The position numbers were made by a program, and so were the translations under genes. Shown piece by piece: positions 1 to 13,127 of a DNA stretch of 64,000 nucleotides. The notes below the pieces were generated by a model. The model was not told where the DNA came from and did no database searches. It saw nothing but the letters and a program-made list of their open reading frames with translations. This stretch comes from Octopus vulgaris. Its lineage: Eukaryota. Numbering within the stretch: the first letter of the stretch is position 1; each line of letters begins with the position of its first letter. The stretch spans positions 12,710,001-12,774,000 of the forward strand of contig OX597816.1 of NCBI GenBank assembly GCA_951406725.2, given 5' to 3'.

Positions 1-217
1 TTCTGGAGGCTCGGATTTACTCCATGATGTTGGCAGATGCAGTTCGCAAAACGTCAGGTATAAGCAACCAGTAGATAACACAAATATACACAGGTAGGAC
101 CGGCCTCCGTCTTCAGGGGGAAAAGATAGGTATCTACTTAATGTTTACATGCTAACACTACTGGCTGCATGTGCTTGACCCTTTGCGAATTACATAATGT
201 ATATATATATATATATA

Positions 218-535
218 TACAATATGTTACATTACTCGGTAGTCAAGATAAAACTCTGAGTTTCAGATGCCGAAGTGGAAATCCAAAACACGGCTGAGGT
301 TACGACCATTCGGTTATCGCGGATAATTTTTTAAATTTAGTGAAAAAAATGGACGAACGAAGATTCTATTTTTTCATAACGTTTTCAACATGTTTCAAAG
401 GCTGCAAATTTCCAAATTCGAGATTGAATAAGGAGACCATTTTGCAGCTTTCTTCAGGAAAATCCAGGAATTTAAAGTAATGTAACATATTGTATAGATA
501 AATTTCCTCTATTTACATAATATTGAGGCCCATGG
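218..535 (-). mobile_element. (TA)n-embedded PLE-like terminal-repeat remnant with two hammerhead motifs
   Basis: Bounded by inverted CAATATGTTACATTACT / AGTAATGTAACATATTG and flanked by (TA)n on both sides. Segments recur at 46680-46840. HHR motifs at 382-462 and 247-330. Confidence 0.6.
382..462 (-). ncRNA. Type I hammerhead ribozyme motif
   Basis: Minus strand reads TTTTC-CTGAAGA-aa-GCTGCAAA...TTTGCAGC-cttt-GAAAC-ATGT-T-GAAAA: 5-bp stem I, CUGAAGA and GAAA core, 8-bp stem II, palindromic ACAUGU stem III, GUU triplet. Confidence 0.7.
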
Positions 536-537
536 TA

Positions 538-600
<63 letters not shown>
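536..600. repeat. (TA)n microsatellite
   Basis: Directly visible; one of many TA/CA/CATA tracts in the window. Confidence 0.95.
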
Positions 601-607
<7 letters not shown>

Positions 608-1820
608 TTGTTTTTTGCTATGTTCAATCATCATAAAAATAACAATTTGGTGGGTTACTCTATACTTGTGTAGAGTACAAATTAGTATTCTTAAACATGA
701 ATATTATTAAAGTGACTTCGAAGTTTTGGCCAGTTACAATGGATTAACTTGGCCGGAACTTCCAGGACACTGTCAATAATATTCTTCCTTATGAATATAT
801 GTATGCCAGAAGGTCTGCAAATCTAACCTAGGCCTCAAACAATATTCTAAGATCTACAAAGATAAGGACTTAACTGCAGCTTACATAGACAATGAGCGCG
901 TGGCAATAAAAGACACGACACCAGAACAATGGGAAGAAAGACCAAAACATAACACAGCTTATGTTACACCTACTGAACACAAGAAACGAAACACTGAAAT
1001 AAACACTTAAACATTAATAACGAAAATGTACCCTAAAATTCCCAAATAAATCGTTTAAAAGTAACGTTAGTAAAAGTCAAATGAATCACAATAAGAGTAA
1101 TACTAGTACCAAATACGAGTCCACGATACTAAATACTGCCGTCTGTTGATAGAGTGTGATGGCAAACCTTACCTCAATACAAAATAGATAGAATTTTTGA
1201 AACTTATACCTTTACAAGAAACCTGTACGCAGGACAGTTATGTAAAGTCGAATAATATTTCTGTCAAACAGGAGTTAAACCAAGAAACGGCAAAGAGAAA
1301 AAAATTATATACGTCCACTTACGAAAAGATGAAAACCGATTAAATTATGCCAATTGTCAAGTTGTTCCCTCCAGGACATATCAACAAAAATGATCTCATT
1401 TGATGAAGACAAAAGCTATGAAACTATCTGATTTATCTTTATAATTGAAGGAAGAGGATAAAATTGTCTGATATACTTCTAGCTATGCATTTGTACCAAA
1501 GTCCTCAAAGAAACACTAAAGTCAGAATAAGATTTATAGGTTGTGACTTAGACACAGAGCCAGAGGGGAATTTTGCGTCGCGATATGAGAGAATGATCAA
1601 AGTAGGCTTAACTGAATGTGACCTGTATTTAGAAGACGTCAAAATTAAGTAGCAAGTGCTAATCACTGCTTAATTCCACAGATTCATACTGACATTGTTT
1701 CTAGAATCGCTGATGCAGCAAAGAAAACATACCTGTTACATTTATCATAGTAACACTCGTCTTAAAGCTGAATTCCCGTACTAGTATAGTATGCAGTCTA
1801 CCACGTTCTCAAACAGTATA

Positions 1821-2053
1821 TATTTCTTTACTACCCACAAGAGGCTAAACATCGAGGGGACAAACAAGGACATACACACGGATTAAGTCGATTACATCTA
1901 CCCCAGTGCGTAACTGGTACTTAATTTATCGACCCCGAAAGGATGAAAAGCAAAGACGACCTCGGCGCAATTTGAGCTCAGAACGTAACGGCAGACGAAA
2001 TACGGCTACGCATTTCGCCCGGCGTGCTAACGGTTCTGTCAGCTCGCCGCCTT
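1821..2053 (-). mobile_element. tRNA-derived SINE, family B
   Basis: Head AAGGCGGCGAGCTG.CAGAA..GTTAGCAC, B-box-like GAG(C/T)TCAAAT, body CTTTCATCCTTTCGGGGTCGAT; degenerate TSD AAACAGTATA. Confidence 0.9.
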
Positions 2054-2073
2054 CATACGTTGTAAACAGTATA

Positions 2074-2625
2074 GCCAGGGTCATCTACTTTTATCGTTCA
2101 ATTAATAAAGGAAACCAATTCTTCCAAGATACGGACATTAACAACAAATTAAACTGCAAGCTGAGCCTAAGTGAGATTTTTGAACTAATACCATTTTTTT
2201 CATGGATATACCCATGACCACAGCAGTGATTCCAAAAGGAAAATCTAAAAATACAATAAGTGACTGGTATAATATGTGCCGCGAGGTGTGTGGAGCCATG
2301 GTTTATTATGAACGACGAGGGAAGATGGTTGGAACAAACGATAACCCCATTGAGATCGATGAAGCAAAATTTGCTGGTCGAGGAAAACACAATTGAGGAA
2401 GAAAGCTTGGATGGCAACAAGCTCCTCTCATCCAAGGTAGTGATGCAGAACAACGAAACAACAGGAACCATGAACATAGAATTGATCGGACGTGGGTCTT
2501 TGGTCTCAAACAAGGCTCAGACTGTCGATACTTTTGCGTGGAACGACGTGATGGGAACAGTCTGATCTTAATTATTGGAAGAGAAAGTGAAAAAAGGCTC
2601 ATTCAGATGAGTGGCCCATGTATTG
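2074..2625 (+). pseudogene. Merlin (IS1016/ISXO2-like DDE) transposase fragment
   Basis: Broken frames give TISDWYNMCREVC, IEIDEAKFAGRGKHN*GR, WVFG...FCVERRD and HSDEWP, the hallmark Merlin motifs. Confidence 0.8.
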
Positions 2626-2727
2626 TGCAAAAACAAAGAAAGCCAAAATAGTGAAAAATCTACATCAGTCAAAGAAAGAAAAAAAAAAAGAAAATGAACC
2701 TGTTATTATTATGAAGGTAGCCACACT

Positions 2728-3109
2728 AGGAGGACGCTGTGTGGTAAGTAGCTTGCTTACCAACCACATGGTTCCGGGTTCAATCACACTGCGTGGTACC
2801 TTGGGCAAGTGTCTTCTACTATAGCCTTGGGCCGACCAAAGCCTTGTGAGTAAATTTGGTAGACGGAAACTGAAAGAAGCTTGTCGTATATATGTATGTT
2901 TATATATGAATGTGTGTCTGTGTTTGTCCCACCAACATCGCTTGACAACCGATGCTGGTGTGCTTACGTCTCGTACCTTAGCAGTTCGGCAAAAGGGACC
3001 GATAGAATACAAAGAATAAGTCCTGGGGTCAATTTGCTCGACTAAAGGCGGTGCTTCAGCACGGCCGCACTCAAATGACTGAAACAAGTAAAAGAGTAAA
3101 AGAGTAAAA
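2728..3109 (+). mobile_element. tRNA-derived SINE, family A
   Basis: GCTGTGTGGTAAGTAGCTTGCTTACCAACCACATGGTTCCGGGTTCA head, internal TA/TG tract, (GTAAAAGA)n tail; more than 10 copies in the window. Confidence 0.92.
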
Positions 3110-3273
3110 TAGCGTAAATCGAATAAAATCTTATGTACAGTGTGAGTGTATAAATCACGGTAACTTGGGTGAGGAAACCCACCCCCATTAATAAAACGAC
3201 TTTATAATTCCAAGATTAACTCGACCATGAAGCGCGAGCAGCATTTTCTCCTATTTATATTCCCCGGTCTAAT

Positions 3274-3507
3274 AAGGCGGCGAGCTGGCAGAAACGTTAG
3301 AACGCTGGGCGAAACGCGTAGCCGTATTTCGTATGTCGTTACGTTCCGAGTTCAAATTCCGCCGAAGTCGACTTTGCCTTTCATCCTTTCGGGGTCGACT
3401 AAATAAGTACCAGTTACGCACTGGGGTCAATATAATCGACTTTATCCCTTCTTCTGTCCTTGTTTGTCCCCTCTGTGTTTAGCCCCTTGAGGGTTGTAAA
3501 GAAAGAT
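3274..3507 (+). mobile_element. SINE family B
   Basis: Full monomer; degenerate TSD tatattccccggtct / tatactccctcgtct. Confidence 0.9.
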
Positions 3508-3771
3508 ATACTCCCTCGTCTGCAGATGAATATCGGGAAGAAGGCCCCTACCTTTGAGGTATTCTCGTCACGTATGACATCAAACTTGCCCCGTTGAAAA
3601 GCATTCGCATTTCTTTTTTTTTTTTTTTTTGAGGTCTCTGTAGAAGAAAAACAATGTAGCAAATTGAAAGACACCATAAGAATCAAGACCTTGAATTGAC
3701 AAAAAGCAAAATAATAAGGAAGGAAGAAGTTTTTATAAGGACTACGGTAAGTACAGGTGATATGTATTTTA

Positions 3772-4157
3772 TCTCTCTATATATAAACGGCAGTTTGTCT
3801 GTGTGTGTTTCTGTGTGTCTGTTTTCTCGTACCCTCACTCTGACCACAGCTTTCAACCGATTCTGATGAAACTTGACACACACATAGCCCAATGTCATAA
3901 TTCAAAACTAACGCAGCGAAAATTTTGAAAAGTTCCCCCAGTTCTGAAAAAAATCGATAAATTCGACATGGGGTCGAGAACCAGGAACACAAACCACAAA
4001 CTGTGTAGGGGACGCAACTCCACCTTTTTTAACTATCAAAAAAAAATTTACCATAATTTTTTTCCAATTTTTTTGCTGTTTTTTGGCTATAACTCTCTAA
4101 AAATGCTTTATAGTTATTTCCCTTACAAACCTGAGCAACGCCGGGCGATACTGCTAG
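3772..4157 (+). mobile_element. Non-autonomous Helitron
   Basis: 5' TC start (A^TCTCTCTATATATAAA), subterminal GC hairpin CCTGAGCAACGCCGGG, 3' CTAG followed by T. Confidence 0.8.
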
Positions 4158-5147
4158 TCACATATAAGTGATTATCGTACGCAGAGAATATATTGTTCAA
4201 ATAATGGTGATAAAGATGTCGAAGTGCTTAAACGAGCCTTATGTGACATCATGCGACAAACAATGCAGAACGAAAAGCTTTTCTATAATAACGAAAAATA
4301 ATAATAATACTCATTGTTATGAGGAGATAAATGTGTGTGTTTGCGTGCGTCACTCAATAATGTCTTTGTCACTCAATAAAGTCTTTATTATTAGGTTTTT
4401 TTGTGTGCTTTCGTTCTTCGGTTGATTTTTGATGGCTTCTTTATGAGTAAGAAACAATGCGAGGCAGAAATAGAGAGGGACATAGAGGCAGACGTACTGA
4501 GTCACAAACAAACAGAGAAAAATCAACAAGAAAGAGGAGGAAGAGCTTTCGTAAAAAGAAGGGAAGAAATATATATTTGTAAAGTCAAAGATGAAAAGAC
4601 ATGAAACGGTGGGATGGCGGATGAAAGAGAGATGATAGAAAGAGCTGAGGAGGAGGGGAAAGAGAAATACAAAGTGAAGGAGACGTCCAGGAATAAACAG
4701 AGAAATCAAAAACCCGAAGAACACGTGTATGAGTAACGTGTATTTGTCACTGTTTGCACTCGGTTTAATCGGCTGTTTATTAGCTTATAATATGAAGAAG
4801 GAAAAGGCCAAGAAGGTTTGATCAAACAAATCCACCAATAAAATTCATATAAAGAAATATCTACAGTATTTATTATCCCACGTTGATAAAATCAATATGG
4901 CGATATGTATGTTTGCGCGCGTACGTATTTATATTTGTGTGTTGCGTTAATTCCATGCATGTATACCCAAGACCTCCGCTGACGTTGCTCTCTTCCCCAT
5001 CGACATATTGCATCCTATCTTTTCTACAAAAGTCATGCAACCCCCACACATTTTCTGTCTTTCTCTGTTATACTCTGCTCTATCTTTATTTCGCCTTCTT
5101 TTACCTGTAATCTTTCCTTTCTTTCACCTGTACACCATTATATCATC

Positions 5148-5565
5148 TTATTTCTTCATTGCCTATAAGGGGTTAAACATAGAGGGGACAAACAAGGACA
5201 GATAAACAGATTAAGACGATTATATCGACCTCAGTACGTAACTGGTACTTATTTAATCAACTCCGAAAAGATGAAAGGCAAAGTCGACCTCGGCGGAATT
5301 TGAACTCAGAACGTAGCGGCAGACGAAATACTTATTTCTTTATTACCCACAAGGGGCTAAACATAGAGAGGACAAACAAGGACAGAAAAACGGACTAAGT
5401 CGATTATATCGACCCCAATGCGTAACAGGTACTTAATTTATCGACCCCGAAAGGATGAAAGGCAAAGTCGATCTCGGCAGAATTTGAACTTAGGACGCAG
5501 CGGTGGATGAAATACCGCAAAGCATTTCGCCCGGCGTGCTAACGATTCTGCCAGCTCCCCGCCTT
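5148..5565 (-). mobile_element. SINE family B, head-to-tail dimer
   Basis: Full monomer plus a headless second body joined at GAAATA(A/G)GTATTTCGTC; TSD-like tacaccattatat.atc. Confidence 0.88.
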
Positions 5566-5867
5566 CATATTATTATACCTTCATATATTATACCTACACC
5601 ATTATATTATCGGCAATTCCTCTTCTTTTTCGGACCTACATACATGCACATTCACGTTCACACACACACACACTGTATACTTATATAAAGTTTACGACGA
5701 GAATACTCATACTTCTTGCAACGGCGATCTCGAACAGGAAACTGAAATTAATTTGTGATCATAATAGCCCTTGAAGGCGCAACTGCTCCTAAACGCATTT
5801 CCGTGGATATGTGCTTTGTTCTTAGAACTTTGTTTGCAATAGAATATCATTAAATTTTCTGGAAAAA

Positions 5868-6190
5868 CTGATGGTCCAGTGGTTAAGGAATTCGGCTCGC
5901 GATTGTAAGTTCGTGAGCTCGATTCCTAAAGGCGCGTTTTGTCCTTGAGCAAAACACTTTATTTTTCCCTTGCTCCAATTCACTCAGCTAGAAAAAATGA
6001 GCTGTACCTGTTATTCAAAGGGTCGTTTTATCTCGTTCTGAGTCACGCTAAATATCCTTGAGAACTACGTGCATGTTAGGCGCGTGTATGGAGGTCCCAG
6101 CCACTTGCACGTTAATTTCCACGAGAGAAGGCTGTTCCGTTGATCGGGTCAACTGGAACCCTTACCATCGTAATCGACAGAAAGCCATTT
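5868..6190 (+). mobile_element. Old tRNA-derived SINE related to family D
   Basis: TGGTCCAGTGGTTAAGG and GCTCGATTCC boxes; 3' part matches 40691-40880. Confidence 0.75.
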
Positions 6191-7866
6191 CAGTAAATTT
6201 CCTAAAACTATGTTAAGTTGCTGAACTTGACGAAATCACTTTACACAAAAGCTTTCAGTTTTTTTTATTTACTTTTAGTATTGTCAAAAAATGTTCTTTT
6301 TCACTGATTACTGAACTGTTATCTATTTTATTAATTAAACACAAGATATATTAGTTCTATCTAATTACCAAGGCATTCGAGAAACAAATGAGAATTCGGT
6401 ACAAGCATAACTTAAATAAGTTTTACATATTAAAAATGCAATACGAAGTATATTTCTCAATACAAAGAAATAAACAAACCAATCCCAAATGCACGATTAT
6501 TTATCGACCGAATATATAATTTTAGTTATTGGCAGACGACAATACGTACGTACACACGAGAATAAGAATCAAAAGACTTTTCACTCAAAGCAAAACAGAA
6601 AGGAACGAATTTTCAGTACAGAAACCGGAATGAAATTTTTAGCTCAATAAAATCAAAGTGAAACTGATTTAAAATTAAATTATGTTATTTAATAACAGGT
6701 TAACTATGTGCACGGAGAATCAAACAGCACTTCAATCCAGATCGATCGCTTCATGAGGTATTATGAATTTCGTCTTTATTGCACGTTTGATACGAAAATA
6801 ATGTACAATGCTGTTCAGAAGCGGCATTCCCCCGAAAGGCAAAAAAAACGAACGATAAAGCCCATCAGTTACAATAAGCGCAAACATTAATAAAAAGAGT
6901 GAGAGAAAATGTTGCACCAGTTAAGAATTATATTTTGTTATTATTCCTCAAATTATATCAACATTGTACGAAACGATGACGGACCAAGACACATGAATTA
7001 TCGAGAAAAATGAAACTCAAGATGTGATAAAGTATTAGAAATAAATACAGGCTTGCGAATATACAGACATTGATCATAAACAACAAGGTTCTAAAACTTA
7101 AAATACAACTTATAGCAAGAATATAAAAAGAAGCCTCCAAAATAACCGGCCATACATAGAGAATATATACCGGGAAAACGCAGCAACCGACTACCCAGAA
7201 AAAAGTGTAGTTGGCCACAGACTAATGCAAGTAGCACAACGGAAAGGCTTAAAGGATTTGGGGAGGAGTGTCGCATATGGCCGGGTGGCCCTTACACGAC
7301 TTACATGTCCTACATGAGTGAAGCATGGGAAATAGCGGGATACAGGAACTCAAGCGGCATTGAAGATAATGATGAATATATCGATGGATTTATCGATGAG
7401 TAGGAGGTGAAAAAGCCTCGTTAGAGGGTTTAAAACCTCATCTTATTGTATTATTTGTAGTGGTTTATAACCTCAATTGTGTGTTTAAAAAACATGTTAA
7501 GTAAAAGGTTTTAGTGCCTCCTTCTTGTAAGAGGTTTGAAACCTCATATTGATTTTAAAAAAAAAAGAAAATATGTTTTCGAGAAAAATCCAATCGGCGG
7601 GTGTTGGGTTTCGTCTCTCATTTATTCATTTTATTTCATTTTCATTCATTAATGTGTTTGTCCAGCACGCAAAGCTACACAATCTTTATACTGTCCATAT
7701 GACAAATTTTATGAAATGAAATAAAGTAGCACAACGGAATCTACTTTATGCACAACATACTAAACCCAACAAAAGGAAAATAAAGCAATACAAATGAATT
7801 GATGATGTACCCAATGAAGGAATGCTTAAACTACACTGGAAGCAAGAACTTTGTACGTATAAAGCT

Positions 7867-8180
7867 GATATTGTTGTTTTTGTTCCTTCTCGAGCCACGC
7901 CTGGCTCATAAGGATCGGTTTCCCTGTTTCCTTGGCGTATAGGTTCCCCACCTAGATGGGACACCGGTCCGTCGCAGGTGAGCTGCAAGATGCAGGAGGA
8001 AAGAGTGAGAGAAAGTTGTGGCGAAAGAGTCAGCAGAGGTTCGCCATTACCTTCTGCCGGAGCCGCGTAGAGCTTAGGCGTTTCGCTCATAAACACACAC
8101 ATCGCCCGATCTGAGATTCGAACTCGCGATCTCTCGACCGCGAGTTCGCTGCTCTAACCACTAGGCCATGTGTCTCCACA
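7867..8180 (-). mobile_element. tRNA-derived SINE, family C
   Basis: TGGCCTAGTGGTTAGAGCAGCG...GAGTTCGAATCTC head; 5' half shared with family D, different 3' half; TSD-like AAAGCTGATATTG on both sides. Confidence 0.88.
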
Positions 8181-8242
8181 AAGCTGATATTGCACAAATC
8201 TAAAACAGACAAAGAAAATACGATGGAAGGTGAAAATTATGA

Positions 8243-8347
8243 TTATAGATGTTTTCGATCTAGTTTGGATTTTTTTGCCATCAAATTTGAATTCTTTGCA
8301 ATCAAATTTGTTTGCAAAGAATTCAAACTAGATCGAAAACATCTATA
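8243..8347. repeat. Fold-back inverted repeat
   Basis: 24-bp perfect arms TATAGATGTTTTCGATCTAGTTTG / CAAACTAGATCGAAAACATCTATA, with internal duplications. Confidence 0.9.
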
Positions 8348-8379
8348 AAATCACAGAAGTCGCTTGTGTAACTTGCACT

Positions 8380-8692
8380 TTATCGGTTGCGTCGACAAAG
8401 ATTCCAGTTGATCCGATCAACGAAACAGCCTGCAAGTGTTATCAACGTGCAAGTGGCTGAGGACTCCAAAGTCAGGCATAGCGTTAACGTAGTTCTCAGG
8501 GATATTCCGGGTGACAAGGAATATGACAAGGCTGGTCCTTTGAGTTACAGATACGACTCATGTTTCTCAGTTGAGTTAAATGGAGCAATGGGAAATAAAG
8601 TGTTTTACTCAAGGGTACAACTCGTCGCTGGGTATCGAACTTACCACCTCACGATCATGAACCGAATATACTAATCACTAAGCTAGGCGCTT
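8380..8692 (-). mobile_element. Old SINE related to family D
   Basis: Shares AACGTGCAAGTGGCTGAG and CGTAGTTCTC.GGGATATT blocks with 40691-41082. Confidence 0.75.
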
Positions 8693-8854
8693 TTAAACAA
8701 ACTTCCTCAGTTGAACATTCAAAGAAATTCCCAGTTGCGACGAAACTATAACCTCGATCTAATAGTAACAGCAAATAGCATAAAAAGACACCCAACTCGA
8801 TTAACGACGGCTAACATGATGCGAGCCATAATTGAGAATATAAAGAAATTAGAG

Positions 8855-9088
8855 AGGGCAGTGATGTGGCAGAATCATTAGCCTGCTGAGCAAAATGGTG
8901 AGCTGCATTTCGTCCGAGTTTACGTTCTGAGTTCGAATTACACTAAGGGGAACTTTATTGTGTTTTCATTTTTTCGTTATTTTTTTTTTTGGAGGTGGTC
9001 AAAATAAGAAGCAGTTAAGAACTGGGGTCGATGTGATCGACTTACCCTTCCCCATAATTGCTGGCCTTGTGCCAAAATTTGAAACTAA
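8855..9088 (+). mobile_element. Diverged SINE family B variant
   Basis: TGGCAGAATC.TTAG, ACGTTCTGAGTTCGAAT and CTGGGGTCGATGT.ATCGACTTA blocks. Confidence 0.7.
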
Positions 9089-9364
9089 TACAAAGAAAAT
9101 AGTGAACATGAATCAGCCTCAACACCTGAGGCAAAATAGAAGAAAGATAAAGGCGGAAGTGTACTGCAAGATATTCTGTCCACAAAAATAATTTCTAAAA
9201 TTCATTTCATCGATCCAGGGTTAGCGGCTCGTGTTGCCCGGTCACATGACTCATAGCCACAGCAGATGAGGAAGTATTTTACCGAGATGGGAACTGATTG
9301 AGACCCAACTTGGAGTGGCACCCAAGTATGCACCTAAATTATCAACACAATTTTGCCATTTTAT

Positions 9365-10446
9365 CAGTTGTTAATTTGTGCAGGTACCGAAGAATACTGG
9401 AGAGCAAGAAATGATGAAATCCCGAAAAGCTGCTTTTTCATCTTCCTCAGATTTTAAGTTTTTTTTGCTTGCAAAAAGTTGAAAAACGTGATAGTCAGTT
9501 GGTACAAATTCTGGTGAATATGGTGGATGACAGAGCACGTTCCAGTTCAGTTCCTGTAACTTGAACATCGTTCTTTGTGCAACATGTGGTCGAGCATTGT
9601 CTTGCAAGAGAATTGGCCTATCTCTGTAGACCAATCTCGGCTGTTTAATTGCAAGTTCACTCATTCTTTCATCCACTGTAACTGACTCACCAGGTCTGAT
9701 GAAGCTGTATTGGATGACACCAGCGCTGGACTAGCAAACAGACACCATTAGCTTGTTTGGTGAATGTTCTTTTTTAGATTGTGTTTTGGCTTTTCGTCTC
9801 TATTCAACCACCATGCAGAACACTTACTATTGTTGAAACCTATCCATTTTTCATCACACGTAACAAAACGATGCAAAAATGGATTGCTTTTAAGCCGTGA
9901 CATCAAAGTTTCAAGATTACATATCATTTGATGCTCGTTCAGTTCATGTAGCACCAATTTGTCCAGCTTCTTTACCTTGCCGATTTGTTTCAGATAGTCC
10001 AATACAATTAGAATCATAACATCAAACCTTGCTGCTAACTCACGCATAGTTTGAGATGTATCTGCTTCCACTACAGTTTCTATCTCACGGGGCTAAGTTT
10101 CCCAGAATAAAGTCACCAGACCAGGACTTCTCAAACCATCGTCGTACAGTGCGCTCCTTCGCCACATCTTCACCAAACACCTCATTGATGTTTCGAGCAT
10201 TGGTTGCATGACGGAACACATAATCATAAACAACAATAATTTTTTATCTATCAATAGGTTCACAAAAATTGTTTTACAAGAGAAAATTCACAATATAATC
10301 AGACACCATGAATTGCATTCCGAAAACGGATGATGTGACTCTACAATGTTGTAAAACAAAAAATAGTCAGGATAAAACACTAGAGTTAACGATTGTCAAA
10401 CTTGGTGCATAAAGAAATCGAACATTTCATTCTTAATGACCTGGTA
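9365..10446 (-). pseudogene. mariner (DD34D) transposase remnant with 5' TIR
   Basis: LHRFVTCDEKW, LQDNARPH and HPPYSPEFVPTDY motifs across frameshifts; TIR-like TACCAGGTCATTAAGAATGAAATG at ~10420-10446. Confidence 0.9.
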
Positions 10447-10449
10447 TAT

Positions 10450-10575
<126 letters not shown>

Positions 10576-10634
10576 CTTAAGAGAAAGGAGGAAGTCAGGA
10601 AATGGATAAAAATTATTTGTTTAGTATATTCGAC

Positions 10635-10800
10635 CCTTTCAGGGATTCATTATGAATGATTTCATGGAAAAAATTCATACGTCTTATATACACTGTTATG
10701 TATGCAAGTTGAAAGGAAAATTTGGAATCGAATTAGATTCTTTTTCAATAAAAGGCACGCATTTTCTCAAAGAAATCATTCATAATGAATCCCTGAAAGG
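10635..10800. repeat. 29-bp perfect inverted repeat with ~108-bp spacer
   Basis: CCTTTCAGGGATTCATTATGAATGATTTC at 10635-10663 and its reverse complement at 10772-10800. Confidence 0.9.
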
Positions 10801-12171
10801 CACAAAATTGCTACGTAGTTAATTTTTATCGAAATTTTGACAACTTCATTTTCTATAACATAAAAAAAAAACCTATACAAACACCACTTGAAACAAGCCA
10901 TAAATACACAAAGGCATGTATGTTTGCATATACATAATTTTTATGAGTACATATATATATATATACATACATGTGTGTATGTACTTGTGCGTGTATGTGA
11001 GTGTGTGTGAGTGTGTATACAGACATATATTAAGAACGATGTAGCATTCATAATGTCAGCAAATAGTTGCAGGCTTTATTCTAGTTTAATCAAACCGATG
11101 CCATTGTTTCCTTAGCAGCGGCGCAATGAAACTGTTTTAAGCGAATCGTCTGCATCCGCCTTCGTTAATGAACTAACGAGCAAGAAGGATACAGTCTAGC
11201 TTTGTTAATTTCAGTCCTATCATCCTATACAGCTGACTGACAGAGTAAAAAAAATGATAGACGTTGAGATAGCTTGATTCATTCACGTATGAGTACGTGT
11301 GTATGCATGAATATACACACAGACACAGCCATATATATATATATATATAATGAAATTGAGAGAGACGTTTATTATGAATAATTTATCGTTAGTAGTTGTC
11401 TCTTCAAATATAATAAAAGAAAATAGATATCGCTTCAGTTTTGCAGTTTCTGACAATGGTACTCGCGTAAAACATTATCATTTGTCTTATTATCAGCAGT
11501 CTTGCTGCATATCACGGAGTATTGAAATAGACCGTGAGGAAAATAATAATATGGGAAATTTGGATAGCGTATTATATGATAAAATGGCATATGTTATCTT
11601 ATTAAAGACCGAGAAGAACGTGAATAGATATACACACGCACACACGGCCGCACACACACACACACACATGCATGTACGCCATTACACAGAAAATCTAGTG
11701 GTGGTCGGGAGACGAGGATTTGTCGCGGCGTCCTTGTGCCAACTACCCAAGGTCACCTTGGAATGAAGGGTCGCAAGAAAATAATGATGATGAAACAAAC
11801 ATTTATCAGAGACAGTTGAGAAGAGCTTAATGTGGTCATGTGCGACAAAAAATGGTAGATGGAACTGAAAAGAAATGCAAAAGGGCATTAAAACTAACGG
11901 GAGGGAAACCCAGTTTGCAAGTTTGCAAGTTTTTGTGGCGGCCTTGTTACCCAAATGTTCCGAATTCAATCTCCACTACAGGTGGCATTTAAATAATAGG
12001 AAGATGACACCCAAGAGTCACTACTTAGCTGGGCCCGGATCCTTTCGGTTGTCAGGAGCGAAAGGGCCGAAAAACTTGTTTGATGGGAGTTCTGAAGATT
12101 TCTCCTGCAATCTGCTCGCTCCGTATCGAGTTTCTACATACCGAAGAGTAACAGAGACAGAGGGAGAAAAC

Positions 12172-12222
12172 AGATAGATAGATAGGCTGACAAACAGATA
12201 GATAGATAGATAGATAGATAGG

Positions 12223-12296
<74 letters not shown>

Positions 12297-12300
12297 TAGA
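12172..12300. repeat. (GATA)n microsatellite
   Basis: Directly visible. Confidence 0.95.
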
Positions 12301-13127
12301 CATATAGAATTATTTTAATAGCATCCGTTACATAAATGACCGATATGTGTTGTTAGGGAAAAGGTTTGCGTGAGCAATGCATCTATGTTCTGTGTGTGTG
12401 TCTGCATGAACTGCATACATGTTCCAGTTTTATTAAACTGCCTCAGCGAAGGATGGACTGCGCTGTACGATTACCAAATTTTCCCGCAGCAAAATTTTAG
12501 CTACGAATTTCCTGGCCATGATATAAATCAATTCCGCATGATAAAAAAGCAAACCTGACATTGGAAGAATTTGAACTCAGATGATACAGAGCTAGCTGAA
12601 ACAGGTATTTGGGCAAGTATCTATTCTTATAACCCAGAACTAACCAGTATAGCTGTGGCTTAAAATTTAGTTAACGGACGACGCCCGATGTGTATGTGAG
12701 TACATGTGCACGTGTGGGAGTATGTATATGTGTACGTGTTTTTGTCTTTATGCATACGTCTATTTTTCACTGATATGTATTGGTTTAGGGTCTAAATATC
12801 CATAAAACATAAGGCCAGTAATTGACAAATGAACTTTATTAAATATTTCTTCTGCGGAAATTTATAGGCATTATATGCACTAGTGGTTAGCTACCTGTAA
12901 GCCACGACGCTGTTGTTCACAACTGTGATATGAAATAAAATATATAGCCCTTTAGTTTCGTGTTTATGAATAATAGCGAAAGATCTCTGTATATAAAAAG
13001 TTACGTGTTACTTTTTATAGTTTGCTGTTTAAGTCGTATTACGACAGTTTGAATGCGTGGGGCTGCCAAACAACAAATAGAGAGTGAGTGAATGGCAGTA
13101 GCAAAATTAAAATGAGAAACTATTATA

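Noticed and set aside
795-870. C2H2-like peptide CQKVCKSNLGLKQ, possibly a retroelement N-terminal finger
   Set aside because: Zinc ligands are incomplete and no RT sequence is recognisable downstream.
10772-10830. CTGAAAGG as a hammerhead core
   Set aside because: No CUGANGA and GAAA pair with compatible stems.
11350-12177. 138-aa and 100-aa ORFs as host exons
   Set aside because: No recognisable domain, and one runs through a CA microsatellite.
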